A DNA stretch of 64,000 nt from Parcubacteria bacterium OLB19 (lineage in GTDB: Bacteria; Patescibacteriota; Minisyncoccia; Phycocordibacterales; UBA918), in the NCBI GenBank assembly GCA_001567365.1, contig JZEL01000010.1, positions 15,030-79,029 on the forward strand, in the 5' to 3' direction. The notes beneath the pieces were generated by a model that was given only the letters and a program-made list of their open reading frames with translations, did no database searches and was not told where the DNA came from. Shown here in pieces: positions 31,436-41,130 of this stretch (its first letter is position 1; every line of letters starts with the position of its first letter). Made by a program: the position numbers and the translations under genes.

Positions 31436-32584
31436 TTAAAATACTGGCGTTGCTACGTATGTCAGCGTAGCTGTATAGTCTGTTGCAGCTTCCTGAAGAC
31501 CAGAAGTTTCTACGGTATAACCAACTCTGGCTATACCAACTCCATCAAGAGTACCGTTTGTTGGACCATTGTGACGGAAGATTTCAACTGGGGTAGTTGA
31601 AGCAGAAACGTAATCTTCGCCGTTTCCACTAACATCGAACTCATCGGTTAATCCAGAAGTTACAGTATCATCATTTGAAGTAATACCCCAGTGACCATAA
31701 GTATTTTCTTGACCAAGAGTTTGCGATGGTGCTACCCATTGTGTTGGTGAGCTTGTGTAAGCTCCGTCAATAAATCCATCAATATCAGAACCATTGGTTG
31801 AACTTAGCTGTTGATCTGTTTGTACAGTTACAACAAAGCCGTTGGCGGCGTTGGTACTAACTGAAAGATCTTGAGCCAAAGTTGCAGGAGTGTCTGCTAC
31901 CAATTGACCAAATGGAATTGCTGTTGATGTTGAAGTACCAGTGGTACTTGCTCCGTTAACAGATAGACCGTTGTTTACACCATTAACAGTAAAGTTAAAA
32001 ATGGTATCAACTGAGGCTGTCACTGTAACTGTGTTAACAATAGCAACCATTGACTGACCAGAATCACTATTTCCCACATCTACTGTGATCCAATATGAAC
32101 CAACAGCGGGATTGGTGATTTGACTGTCACCAGAAGTAGCAAACGTTGCGTTTGTACCAATTTCGATAGTTACGGTTGCGTTAGTACCAATTGTTGATGT
32201 ACCACTTGTGATGTCAATAACTTGACCAGCAGCGGTAACATTCCAGTTGGCGCCACTAGCAGCACCGTCAATTAAGCTCTGATCAGAACCGTTCACACTT
32301 AAGTCCAAATCCTCAGCTGTTAATGAAGCAATTCCAGTGAATCCAGTTTCGAATTCAAGAGAAATAGTTTCACCTGCAGCTAGACCGGTTGGTGTTACAA
32401 ACGTAATCGTGTGGTTCGATACGGTTGATGGTGCTGAGTCAGAAAGAGTGTCGCTAAATGATTTGACATTTGCAGCTTCCGCAAAGCGGATAGTTGGTAC
32501 TCCTAGCGACCATAAAATGATTGCGAAAGTACAAACTGCTGCTGTAGCTTGGAGCAATGAGAACGAATTTTGCGTTCTTAACAT
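31436..32584 (-). CDS. Secreted Thr/Ser/Gly-rich protein (382 aa) with its own promoter and terminator. Candidate abundant surface or fibre-subunit-like protein.
   Basis: Signal peptide is MLRTQNSFSLLQATAAVCTFAIILWSLGVPTIRFAEA. GC content is visibly higher than in its neighbours. C-terminus ...GLQEAATDYTATLTYVATPVF is related to the C-terminus of the 1857-aa giant (ELQEAGDYETEVVYLAIPSY). Confidence 0.5.
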   Translation of the reverse strand: MLRTQNSFSLLQATAAVCTFAIILWSLGVPTIRFAEAANVKSFSDTLSDSAPSTVSNHTITFVTPTGLAAGETISLEFETGFTGIASLTAEDLDLSVNGSDQSLIDGAASGANWNVTAAGQVIDITSGTSTIGTNATVTIEIGTNATFATSGDSQITNPAVGSYWITVDVGNSDSGQSMVAIVNTVTVTASVDTIFNFTVNGVNNGLSVNGASTTGTSTSTAIPFGQLVADTPATLAQDLSVSTNAANGFVVTVQTDQQLSSTNGSDIDGFIDGAYTSSPTQWVAPSQTLGQENTYGHWGITSNDDTVTSGLTDEFDVSGNGEDYVSASTTPVEIFRHNGPTNGTLDGVGIARVGYTVETSGLQEAATDYTATLTYVATPVF

Positions 32585-32789
32585 ATTGCTCTACGTTGTA
32601 TTTAGTCTACAGTTTGAATTGACATGTCGCGACTCCACGTCTGTTCAAATGGTTAAACCATGCGATGAACAGTCTCCACACCGTGCATCTTATAATGCAC
32701 TGTAAACATACTTGATTTTGTAATACTCGGCTGAAGTACCCAAGCTCCGCGACAAAGCCTGCAGTGAATCTAAAGGTTCACCTCCAAAA

Positions 32790-32876
32790 CAAGTACTCTT
32801 GTATTGTAACTTGCGATAAAAATTTTAGTGACAAGTTATACACAAAAATATTTTATAAAAAATATTTTTTTTATCC
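32790..32876 (-). promoter_or_regulatory. AT-rich promoter region for 31436..32584, followed by an unusually long (~200 nt) GC-richer leader
   Basis: Minus strand reads TTGTCA-(19 nt)-TTACAAT, and TGTGTATAAC (extended -10-like) lies just upstream. The exact -35/-10 pairing is uncertain because the spacing is not optimal. Confidence 0.3.
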
Positions 32877-33998
32877 TTATCCTGTCCAATTGAATAGTAA
32901 AATTGAAAAATCCTCGATACCAACCTTTCCATTACCATTAATATCAGCCGATGGATTTGAATTACCTCCATTAGAACCCCACCAGAAAATTAAAATAGAG
33001 AAGTCAGTTAAATTAACCTTTGCATCACGATTTAAATCTGAGCTAGTCGTAACTTTACCATTTACACCCACAAAGAGCTGTAAGGCGGTGCTGAAACTAC
33101 TTTGTGATGTAATCGGTGGTGTACCAGAAATTGATCTAGCCTTAAGAGTATGCTCAGCAACTTTTAACTTTTTGGTATCAAGCGCAATGCTCCAAGTTCC
33201 ATCAGAACTAGAAGTAGCCCTTTCAATCAATTCACTTTTATTTACATGAAGTTCTACAACTGCATTTGGAACTGACTGACCGCTAACCGTTACAATATCG
33301 CCAGGATTAACGTTTTGATTAGATAGTTTTATAGTTGGGGGCAATATAATACCTGTTATGTTAGTTATAGCTCCCTGAGTAACGTCAAAAGTGGTATTGA
33401 AGGTTATGGATCTAGTATCAAATTTATCAGTAGCCCAAAAACTTAATGACGCAGTGCCTGGTGACGCTTCTGTAGCAAAATCAAACTTACCCTCAGCATT
33501 TGCTTTCACAGTACCAACCTGCTCACTATCAAGTAAAATATTAATTGTCCTATTTGGATAGCCAGTGCCTTTAACACTAATTTCGGATTCTCCAAAATCC
33601 TTAGTAGAACCTCCACCACCTCCACCACCTCCACCGGAAGTACCACCGCCACCAGAGCCAGCGGGCTCTATTTTGCAGATAGCTGAACAGAAATCTCCAT
33701 TATCATTATTTCCATCATCACACTCTTCAGTTTGTGAAACCTGAAGAATACCATCACCGCAATACGGACCCCACTGACAATTAGCAGTACACTGTCTGCC
33801 AGCGATTGTTGTACTATACTCCCCCGTCTCACCAGGAACATCGCACTCCTCATTATTGTCAACTAGAGAATTACCACAAATACTAACGATAGCAGTGGTG
33901 GTGGAGGACCCCTCAGTAACTGCCTCTGTTTCAGTCGGTGTAAACGAAGCAAAGGCTATTAGTAGCAAATTAATACCAGCGAGAAATATTAATTTCAT
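32877..33998 (-). CDS. Secreted dockerin-bearing protein: signal peptide, two Myxococcus-type Cys-rich repeats, a poly-Gly linker, two Ig/carboxypeptidase-regulatory-like domains and a C-terminal double dockerin
   Basis: CGNSLVDNNEECD...CTANC and CGDGILQVSQTEECDDGNNDNGDFCSAIC. Linker is GGGGTSGGGGGGGGGS. C-terminus is DLNRDAKVNLTDFSILIFWW...DINGNGKVGIEDFSILLFNW, i.e. two F-hand Ca-binding dockerin segments. Confidence 0.6.
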   Translation of the reverse strand: MKLIFLAGINLLLIAFASFTPTETEAVTEGSSTTTAIVSICGNSLVDNNEECDVPGETGEYSTTIAGRQCTANCQWGPYCGDGILQVSQTEECDDGNNDNGDFCSAICKIEPAGSGGGGTSGGGGGGGGGSTKDFGESEISVKGTGYPNRTINILLDSEQVGTVKANAEGKFDFATEASPGTASLSFWATDKFDTRSITFNTTFDVTQGAITNITGIILPPTIKLSNQNVNPGDIVTVSGQSVPNAVVELHVNKSELIERATSSSDGTWSIALDTKKLKVAEHTLKARSISGTPPITSQSSFSTALQLFVGVNGKVTTSSDLNRDAKVNLTDFSILIFWWGSNGGNSNPSADINGNGKVGIEDFSILLFNWTG

Positions 33999-34002
33999 AT
34001 GG

Positions 34003-34999
34003 TTAATTAATTTGTTTTCTATTTCTTCTACGATTATGAATGATGTAAATAATTGAAATGATAACTACAAATATCGGTAGAAGAACGGATATTTTATGCG
34101 CAACAGAAAGACCGTTGAATCCAAAGCCAGCTTCCTGAAGAGTACCATATGGCAAGATACTTAGACTCACCTCACCTTCCTGTTTTACTTCTTCGTCATT
34201 ATAAATTTTATATTTAGCAATATAGTTGCCTGCGGGTAGTCGAGTTGGTATTTCTGCAAGCACTTCTTCTGTTGCATACGGTGCAATCTTTTTTTATTTT
34301 TCCTTTGTTTTCTGTTTCCTCTAGCAGAACATTACCGGAAAAATCAAAAATTCTAAACTCCACTCTCGAAGGTGAAATGTCAACATTTCCTGTATTTTCA
34401 AGAAGCATACCAAATTTTATTTTTCCAGGAAAATACAACCAACCCAACTTGTGTCCCTCGTTTAAATCGGACAAAGATACTTTTCTAACTCTAAAATCCT
34501 TTATCTCCTTATCAATAACAGTGAGATTGATATCAACTTGTGCACCAAGTGAAATACTAACAGCACCAGGAGCAACTTGGCTGTCATCAGGGAGAGTCTT
34601 AATTCGCATTACTCCTTTGTAGTCCTTAAATTCAGCATCGTCAGGTACCTTTACTCTTACTGTCATGGGTACTTTTTGTTCTCCTCTAGGAAGCTGTATA
34701 TTATTACCCTCAACAACCTCTATCCAGCTTTGTATTTCTGGCGCATCAATTGTAATTTCCGCCTTAAGAGGAACATCGGGATTTCCACGCACTAAAAGAA
34801 TTTGTTGTTCGTAAGTTGAATTTCTAATTAAACTAGTATTACGAACATATGGTGGAGTAATACCAAAGCCAGCTTGTGCTACTTCAATACCGACAATGAA
34901 AAAGAGTAGACAGAAAGCTACCAACTTATGTAGACTGCTAAAAAAACTAGTTTTCGACACGCTAATAATTATCAATAATAAAACAATAAAAAGCAACAA
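34003..34999 (-). CDS. Third DUF916/CscA-like membrane protein paralog, split by a frameshift in a T7/A7 run (34289..34295)
   Basis: GFGITPPYVRN...SWIEVVEGNNIQLPRGEQKVPMTVRVKVPDDAEFKDYKGVMRI is paralogous to 18079..19101. The downstream piece supplies the second beta domain and a C-terminal TM (ISVLLPIFVVIISIIYIIHNRRRNRK). Confidence 0.45.
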
Positions 35000-35049
35000 C
35001 CACTGTCTGGATAACAGTGGTTGTAATACTTTCTAATTAATTTCTTTTT

Positions 35050-36909
35050 TTACCAATCTGAAGCGTCAGAAGCAACCGCATAGAAGGTGTTTAATCCGGT
35101 ATACGCACCAGCAAGAGTGATGGTCGAGGGAACCTCTATACCCCAGTAAGTAATACCAGTATTAGGTGTGGTGGTAGATGTTGTCTTCTGCACTTTTAAC
35201 GCTAACAACTGTGGTGTAGAAGATGATAAATCCATACCACTGCCGTAGGACACAGAGCTTGTGGCAAATTCTTGCTTAAAGTCTGGAATGGTAGATGTAG
35301 ACGAATTCACACACGGACTACCAACTGAGAAGTTTGTACACATAGCCTCACCTTCTATATTTTGATTAAGTCCAGTGTTACCAACAGATCTGATCGTTGT
35401 TGTCGCAGTTAGACTACCAGTGTTATCACCTGGTTCAAGTGTCCCATAAGGTATTTCTGCTGTAATCAAATCGATTGCTGGGAAACTAATCAACTCAACC
35501 GGGCTTGAACCTATAGTCATGGTACCAGTAGCGTTATTGTCATCAATACCTGATATAGCTGCTACCCAAGTGTTAGTTGCGTAAAAGGCTGTAGCATCAG
35601 TCGGATCAGCCAGATACCAAAGCGGGAAGGTACAATTGAAGATTTTGGTTGGATCAGTAGCGCCAGTACAGCTAGTTGTTGAAGCGGTACAACTCAGATT
35701 CCAAGTAGTTGTAGCTAAGCCACTGCTCGGATAACAACTGTTAGGATTGTAGGAACTATATAAACCAGTACATGTAGAGGTACCGACACCACTTCTATGT
35801 AAAGATACTATGTAGTTCGTTATTTCTGGTGAACTAGCTGCATTCACACAACTATTCGCATCGGATAACTCAAAATCTAAGGTAAATCCGGTCGTCTCAG
35901 CACCGTCGACGGTTAGTGTGATGTTGCTTCCGCCATTAAGATCTATATCACCAGAAGCAATAGTTGGAGCAACGTTACCGACTGTGAAGCCAACATTAGT
36001 TCCATGAGCACCTCCAGACGCAGTGTGTCCATGACCATCTATTACGTAACCCCATGCATCATAAACATCATCTTGAATAACGCTAGGTAGAGTATAGCTT
36101 GTGGTGGCATTGGCGTGAACAGTTATGGTTGTACTAGCTATAGTTCCACCTGGACCACAATTCAAGGTAGTAGTACTAAAGTCATTTTCATTACAAACAA
36201 TAAGTTTGATAGGGTCAGACTCTGTCACAGTATCAGAATCCGATGAAGTTGAATAAAAAGTCAGAACTTCACCTGGATATTTAACAGAATCATTTGTAAA
36301 GGAGGTGAAAACGGGACGATGATTTACGTAGAATGGTGATGAATTAGTTGCAGAAAGTCCTTGTGAGTAAGTGTTATTACAACGAGGATTTACAGGGTCA
36401 TCATCGCAGATCCAAGCATACCAATCGTTTTGTTCTGCAAAAGCCTCCTGAGTAGTAGTAGAGACAGTTGCTACTGTATTTGAAGTTGTTGAAGCTGATA
36501 CACCCCACTGTGTACCACCATTACAATTTGGTGGAGCTGAACCTAGCACCAAAAGTGAGGGTGCGGCATTAGCAGTTGGTGTTGCACTAGTACTACATAC
36601 AATGAGGAAGTACGGAGCATTACTAGAATCCTCAGCTAAAGCAGCCCAGGTGACATTGGTGGTTGAGTTGGTTGGAGTGGAGGTAGATGACTCAGTTTGC
36701 TCATGAGCCATAGTCAACCATTGTGGAGGAGTGTTGAGAACAGTAAGCGTGGTAGTAGCAGACTGTGCCTCAACCTTCATTAACTCAGTTTTACCGGCAT
36801 TAAAAAGAAAAATGAAGGCAAAAATAAGCATTCCTGAAACAGCTGTGAAGATTGTAATCTTCCCTGCTGTTTGCAATTTGTTATTTTCTGATAATAAGTT
36901 GTACAACAT
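35050..36909 (-). CDS. Secreted/anchored Thr/Ser-rich protein (619 aa). Its C-terminal ~150-aa domain is shared with the 3747-aa giant protein.
   Basis: N-terminal TM is ITIFTAVSGMLIFAFIFLF. C-terminus ...SSSTPQLLALKVQKTTSTTTPNTGITYWGIEVPSTITLAGAYTGLNTFYAVAS aligns with the giant C-terminus ...SSSTPTAIDLNLSKPTTVAPPVETEVYWGIAVPFGTSNSTHTGLNTFTAVGI. Confidence 0.5.
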   Translation of the reverse strand: MLYNLLSENNKLQTAGKITIFTAVSGMLIFAFIFLFNAGKTELMKVEAQSATTTLTVLNTPPQWLTMAHEQTESSTSTPTNSTTNVTWAALAEDSSNAPYFLIVCSTSATPTANAAPSLLVLGSAPPNCNGGTQWGVSASTTSNTVATVSTTTQEAFAEQNDWYAWICDDDPVNPRCNNTYSQGLSATNSSPFYVNHRPVFTSFTNDSVKYPGEVLTFYSTSSDSDTVTESDPIKLIVCNENDFSTTTLNCGPGGTIASTTITVHANATTSYTLPSVIQDDVYDAWGYVIDGHGHTASGGAHGTNVGFTVGNVAPTIASGDIDLNGGSNITLTVDGAETTGFTLDFELSDANSCVNAASSPEITNYIVSLHRSGVGTSTCTGLYSSYNPNSCYPSSGLATTTWNLSCTASTTSCTGATDPTKIFNCTFPLWYLADPTDATAFYATNTWVAAISGIDDNNATGTMTIGSSPVELISFPAIDLITAEIPYGTLEPGDNTGSLTATTTIRSVGNTGLNQNIEGEAMCTNFSVGSPCVNSSTSTIPDFKQEFATSSVSYGSGMDLSSSTPQLLALKVQKTTSTTTPNTGITYWGIEVPSTITLAGAYTGLNTFYAVASDASDW

Positions 36910-36989
36910 AAAATTTAATAAATTAATAAAATATAACTACCAGAATATTGTAACTAATAGTTATCGCTATTGGTCAATAGTTATACACA

Positions 36990-38198
36990 TTATTCGTATC
37001 GAATCGCATCAAGCGGATTCAGGGTTGCAGCTCTTTTGGCAGGAAAAACTCCGGTCAAATATCCAACTGCGGCCGAGAAGAGCATAATAAACAATAAGAA
37101 TGCTAGTGGGAATGAAAACAATGCTACTGCCTGACCGCCAAATTGACTAGCCACAAGATTCAAGAAGAAGTTAACAGTTAAGCCAATAGTGACACCCATG
37201 ACAATACCGCTAACACCTCCTAAAAAACCTACGACAATTGATTCTGAAATAAATAAGTTCTTCACGTCGCTAGGTGAGGCACCGATTGTGCGCATAATCC
37301 CAATCTCTTTAGTTCTTTCAAGCAAGGTTACTGTCATAGTATTAAACATACCAATTGCTGATACAATCAAAGCAATACCACCAAAAGTAGCTAAAACAAC
37401 CTGAATTCCTTGGAAAATTTTTGAAGCTTGCTCAACTGTCTTTGATAAAGCAGTCACCCGATAACCTGACTCAATTAACTTAGCCTCAACTAATGGTAAA
37501 TTTTCATTTGAGTCAACTCTAACCTGTATACGCTCAAACTCCTCAATTCCCACATAATTACGTAATTCTGGAAGCATCATCATTGCATTCAAAACACCCT
37601 CTTCCTTAGTGATACCTCTGACTGTGTATTCCTTTTCTATCGGTATTTCCTGAATATCGCCAGACCCATCTGTTGCTGGAACCAAGAGTCTAAACGAGAC
37701 CTTCTCTCCTACAAAGGATTCAGGATCTTCTATACCGAATAATTTTAGTGTAGCGGGAGACAGCATAACAGAATTTGTATCGCCCGCATCGACATCAGTA
37801 AATACCTCACCAGCTGAAGCTGTGATACCAGCATAACGAAGATACGGAGGTTCGACTCCCTGAATAAAAACATTTCCGGTTAAACCCTTGTAGGTTACTA
37901 ATGCGGGAAAACGAGCCAAAGGAGAAGCATCTAGCACTTCAGGCATATTCTTAAACTCCTCAACTGTTTCGATATCTAATTTTAAACTTTGACTTCCAGT
38001 AGTTGAAACACCAAGCGATAACAGAGTCTCACCAAAAACGATTTGCTCCAAAATAATTTTTTGTAGACCAAAACCTAAACCTACCAACACCACCACAGCT
38101 CCAGTTCCTACTCCCATACCGAGAATAGTAAGCCAAGTACGAAGTGGGTTCGTTTTGAACATTCTGGTTGATAATTGTGCTAGGTCCTGAATTCGCAT
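36990..38198 (-). CDS. ABC transporter permease of the MacB/FtsX/LolE type, with 4 TM segments and a large extracytoplasmic domain
   Basis: 402 aa. There is an N-terminal TM, a ~230-aa periplasmic domain and three C-terminal TMs. The FtsX-like C-terminus reads GIMRTIGASPSDVKNLFISES...AKRAATLNPLDAIRYE. Confidence 0.75.
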   Translation of the reverse strand: MRIQDLAQLSTRMFKTNPLRTWLTILGMGVGTGAVVVLVGLGFGLQKIILEQIVFGETLLSLGVSTTGSQSLKLDIETVEEFKNMPEVLDASPLARFPALVTYKGLTGNVFIQGVEPPYLRYAGITASAGEVFTDVDAGDTNSVMLSPATLKLFGIEDPESFVGEKVSFRLLVPATDGSGDIQEIPIEKEYTVRGITKEEGVLNAMMMLPELRNYVGIEEFERIQVRVDSNENLPLVEAKLIESGYRVTALSKTVEQASKIFQGIQVVLATFGGIALIVSAIGMFNTMTVTLLERTKEIGIMRTIGASPSDVKNLFISESIVVGFLGGVSGIVMGVTIGLTVNFFLNLVASQFGGQAVALFSFPLAFLLFIMLFSAAVGYLTGVFPAKRAATLNPLDAIRYE

Positions 38199-38201
38199 AA
38201 A

Positions 38202-39523
38202 TTAACTCTTATAGCTAACATCAACGCCTTGAGCGATGATTTTTTCAAAATAGCGTGTCAGTTCATCCGCCTCCTTTTCATCAAGTCCAAGTCCATCGTT
38301 TTTAACAGTTTGCATGAGTGTTTGATTGAATTGATCCTCTTCAATCACACCAGTAACGCGATCAGCGATTAGTTCCACCAAATTGCTATTTTGCTCCTTA
38401 GTTAACCTTATATGAAACATACCAACCAAATGGTCTCGTAACCGCTCTGCCAACTTATCCTGACTGAAAAAAATATCATCATTATCCTTTCTAGCCCGAA
38501 AACGTCTAATATCATCCGATTGACTAATTAATTTCTCAGTAATACCAGCCATTTTCTTTGCTTCTGCCTCAGGAACCTCAACACCTCCCTTTTCATAGGG
38601 TAAAATTAAGCTTTTTATGAAAGCCTCTCTATCAATTTTACCCTTAATAAACAATACAATAGCGTGTTCTAATCTAGTAAGCTGGCGATAAGTATAATCT
38701 TGAGTTAGAAAATTAACCATACTTTTTACACGAAGTGTATCAACGGAATCATAAGGAAAAAGTCTGGCTAACTGTTCGAGTTCAGTCACAATAGTCTCCC
38801 CTTCTCTAACTGGTTTTATTTGTTTTCTCTGCGGATTTACCACCTCACGTACAATTAGACCATCCTTCAGATAATAAACACGGTGCGCATAACTAAGATG
38901 AGCAGCGTTATGAGAAACCATAATCACTGTTCGACGGTCAAATGTGTTAATTTCATCAATTTTATCCATCACCTGCTGTGTAGAAACTGAGTCAAGGTTT
39001 CCGGTCGGCTCATCAGCTAAAAGAATTTTTGGATCATTTACCATCGAACGAGCTACCGAACACGTTGTTGTTGTCCTCCGGATAGCATAGCAGGAATTTT
39101 ATGTGAGACATGACCGACACCAAATCGATCTAGCAGGGACTGAGCTCGACGATTTCTTGTACTTTTATCGGCGTCACAAAAAATCATTGGTAAAGCCACA
39201 TTATCAAGAACCGACAATGAACCAATAAGATTGAAGGATTGGAAGATAATACCCATCACGTACCGCTGAAAATAAACTCGCTCTTCTGGTGGATAAGAAT
39301 AAATATCGTCGCCACGTATAAGTAAAGTGCCGTCACCAGGAGGTAGCGAACCCTGGATTGCATACATCAATGTTGATTTACCAGAACCAGACGCGCCGAA
39401 AAGAATAATGTATTCACCTTCGTAAATATCAGTATTTACATTACTAAGAGCCCGAAATTCGTTAGATTTACCTTTATTATAAATGATGGACAAATCACGA
39501 CAAACAATCAGGGGTTTAGCCAT
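38202..39523 (-). CDS. ABC transporter ATP-binding protein with a ~200-aa C-terminal extension. It is interrupted by a 1-nt frameshift between the signature motif and Walker B (near 39053..39065).
   Basis: Walker A is GASGSGKSTL and the signature is LSGGQQQRV. The frame then switches into ...SVARSMVNDPKILLADEPTGNLD (Walker B), i.e. QQQRV-SVARSM-VNDPKILLADEPT if one base is restored. The 215-aa C-terminal domain is of unknown type. Confidence 0.75.
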
Positions 39524-39607
39524 ATCATTATTATGACATCTTCATGAAGATAAAGTGTGTATTTATATCCCCAACTAAATGTATCTCGAGAGATGTAAAT
39601 TTGTAGT

Positions 39608-41104
39608 TTAAGCGCCTATATTCTTAACCCAACCGAATGTGCTTTGGAAGTTCTCAATAATAAGATCAATAATGTTTTTTTCTTGAATTGGTGTAAATAG
39701 TACGAAATTCTCTGACTGAACCTTATTACCGGCTTCATCATCACAATTTAACCAAAACTGATAGACAGTGGTTGGTGCAAAATCCACCACCACTTCCACG
39801 TGTCGAGTATTGTACTCAACCTTTTCCTTTTCTCTCACAGTCGGCTCTGTACCACCAGCCACTCCTTCGCGATATGTCATTAGACAATACGCTGGCTCAT
39901 CGGTTGTCCATTCAACAATAGTTTGAATTCTTGATTCACTACCAGGAAAAATAGTAGATTCATTAGTTACATTAGAGATTATAGGTGAAGCAATATCGCG
40001 CACTGTTACAAACTGGATGGGTTGACTACGAACTCTGTCCCCTCCTGAGTTTTCCGAAATAACAAAGGCCACATATCTAGTACCTAAAGTAAGGTCAGAT
40101 AGGCGCATCTGATGCGTAGTAGTAAGCGTTGGGCGTCCTACTGAATTTTGTGCTCCAGTCGTCAAATCTTGGTATTCTACCAAAGCTTTTGCGGGTACAG
40201 TTGTGTCCCATGCCAGAGTAGCAGAATTCTCTTCCACCTTAACCACTCGTAAATTTTTAATATCAGGCAGAGAAGCCTTAGTTTTAAAGGTAAAATTACG
40301 ACTCTCACCCTTAATACTATATGAATCTTCAGAACTAACTTTAAAGCTATATTCAGTAAAAGGTTCGAGGCCAATTAGTTTTATTTCATGATCTGTAGTA
40401 GCGCCACCCGTAGAAGCTTGTGAGTAAGCGTAATTTGTACCATCAAAACCAGCACTAGGTGAGAAGAAAACTTCTGAGGTTGCGTCACGATCTGTTGTCC
40501 ATCTTACAATAGCAGTAGTTGTCTCCGGTATAACTGTTGGCGGTCCAACAATAGTCAAATCCTCAGTAATACCCTGAATAGCCTTAATAACCTCATTTAC
40601 AATTTCCTGGAGTTGCTTTGGGTCATTTATTTGATTTATTTGTTCCATAACCTCCTCCGTAGTTGGTGCTTGTGAACTTTGAGTGGTGGTATTAGTTGAT
40701 TCACTTGTACTCTGACTCGATCCATTATCAGTTGTACCACTGGTTTGAACCTTGTAATCCGCGGAAATACCTTGATTGCCATTAGCATCAGCTGAAACTA
40801 CTCGAAAATAGTAAACTCTCCCCTTTTCTAAATTTTGTAGAGTAATAGAATGTTTAGTTTTATCCGCCACTGGCACACGAACAATTCCTAAATCTGGCTG
40901 TAAACCAAAATTAACTAAAGAATCGGCTTCTTCGTCAGTTTCCCAAGTAATCGTGACATTAGTTTCAGTCACATCTTTAACTTGAACATTAGAAATCTCA
41001 GGTGATTCTTTATCACTTGATTGTGCCCAAACAAAGCCTGATAACGGTAAACATAAACTTAGAAGAAAAGCTGAGATTTTAATGAGGAGGGTATTTTCTT
41101 TCAT
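39608..41104 (-). CDS. Secreted protein with repeated fibronectin-type-III-like domains
   Basis: Signal peptide is MKENTLLIKISAFLLSLCLPLSGFVWAQS. FN3 hallmarks: VTITWETDEEADSLVNFG...YYFRVVSADANGNQG and further W/Y-containing repeats. Confidence 0.55.
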   Translation of the reverse strand: MKENTLLIKISAFLLSLCLPLSGFVWAQSSDKESPEISNVQVKDVTETNVTITWETDEEADSLVNFGLQPDLGIVRVPVADKTKHSITLQNLEKGRVYYFRVVSADANGNQGISADYKVQTSGTTDNGSSQSTSESTNTTTQSSQAPTTEEVMEQINQINDPKQLQEIVNEVIKAIQGITEDLTIVGPPTVIPETTTAIVRWTTDRDATSEVFFSPSAGFDGTNYAYSQASTGGATTDHEIKLIGLEPFTEYSFKVSSEDSYSIKGESRNFTFKTKASLPDIKNLRVVKVEENSATLAWDTTVPAKALVEYQDLTTGAQNSVGRPTLTTTHQMRLSDLTLGTRYVAFVISENSGGDRVRSQPIQFVTVRDIASPIISNVTNESTIFPGSESRIQTIVEWTTDEPAYCLMTYREGVAGGTEPTVREKEKVEYNTRHVEVVVDFAPTTVYQFWLNCDDEAGNKVQSENFVLFTPIQEKNIIDLIIENFQSTFGWVKNIGA

Positions 41105-41130
41105 ACTGATTAAGACATCATATCATTTAA

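Noticed and set aside
32775-32785. GGTTCACCTCC in the 32.7-kb leader, which resembles a tRNA T-arm (GGTTCRANYCC)
   Set aside because: No acceptor, D or anticodon stems can be built around it, and the flanks do not fold into a cloverleaf. I treat it as part of a structured 5' leader at most.
32803-32834. A definite sigma70 promoter assignment of TTGTCA-N19-TTACAAT
   Set aside because: The spacer is 19-20 nt rather than 17±1, and several alternative AT-rich hexamers exist. I therefore report only a promoter region, not a mapped -35/-10 pair.
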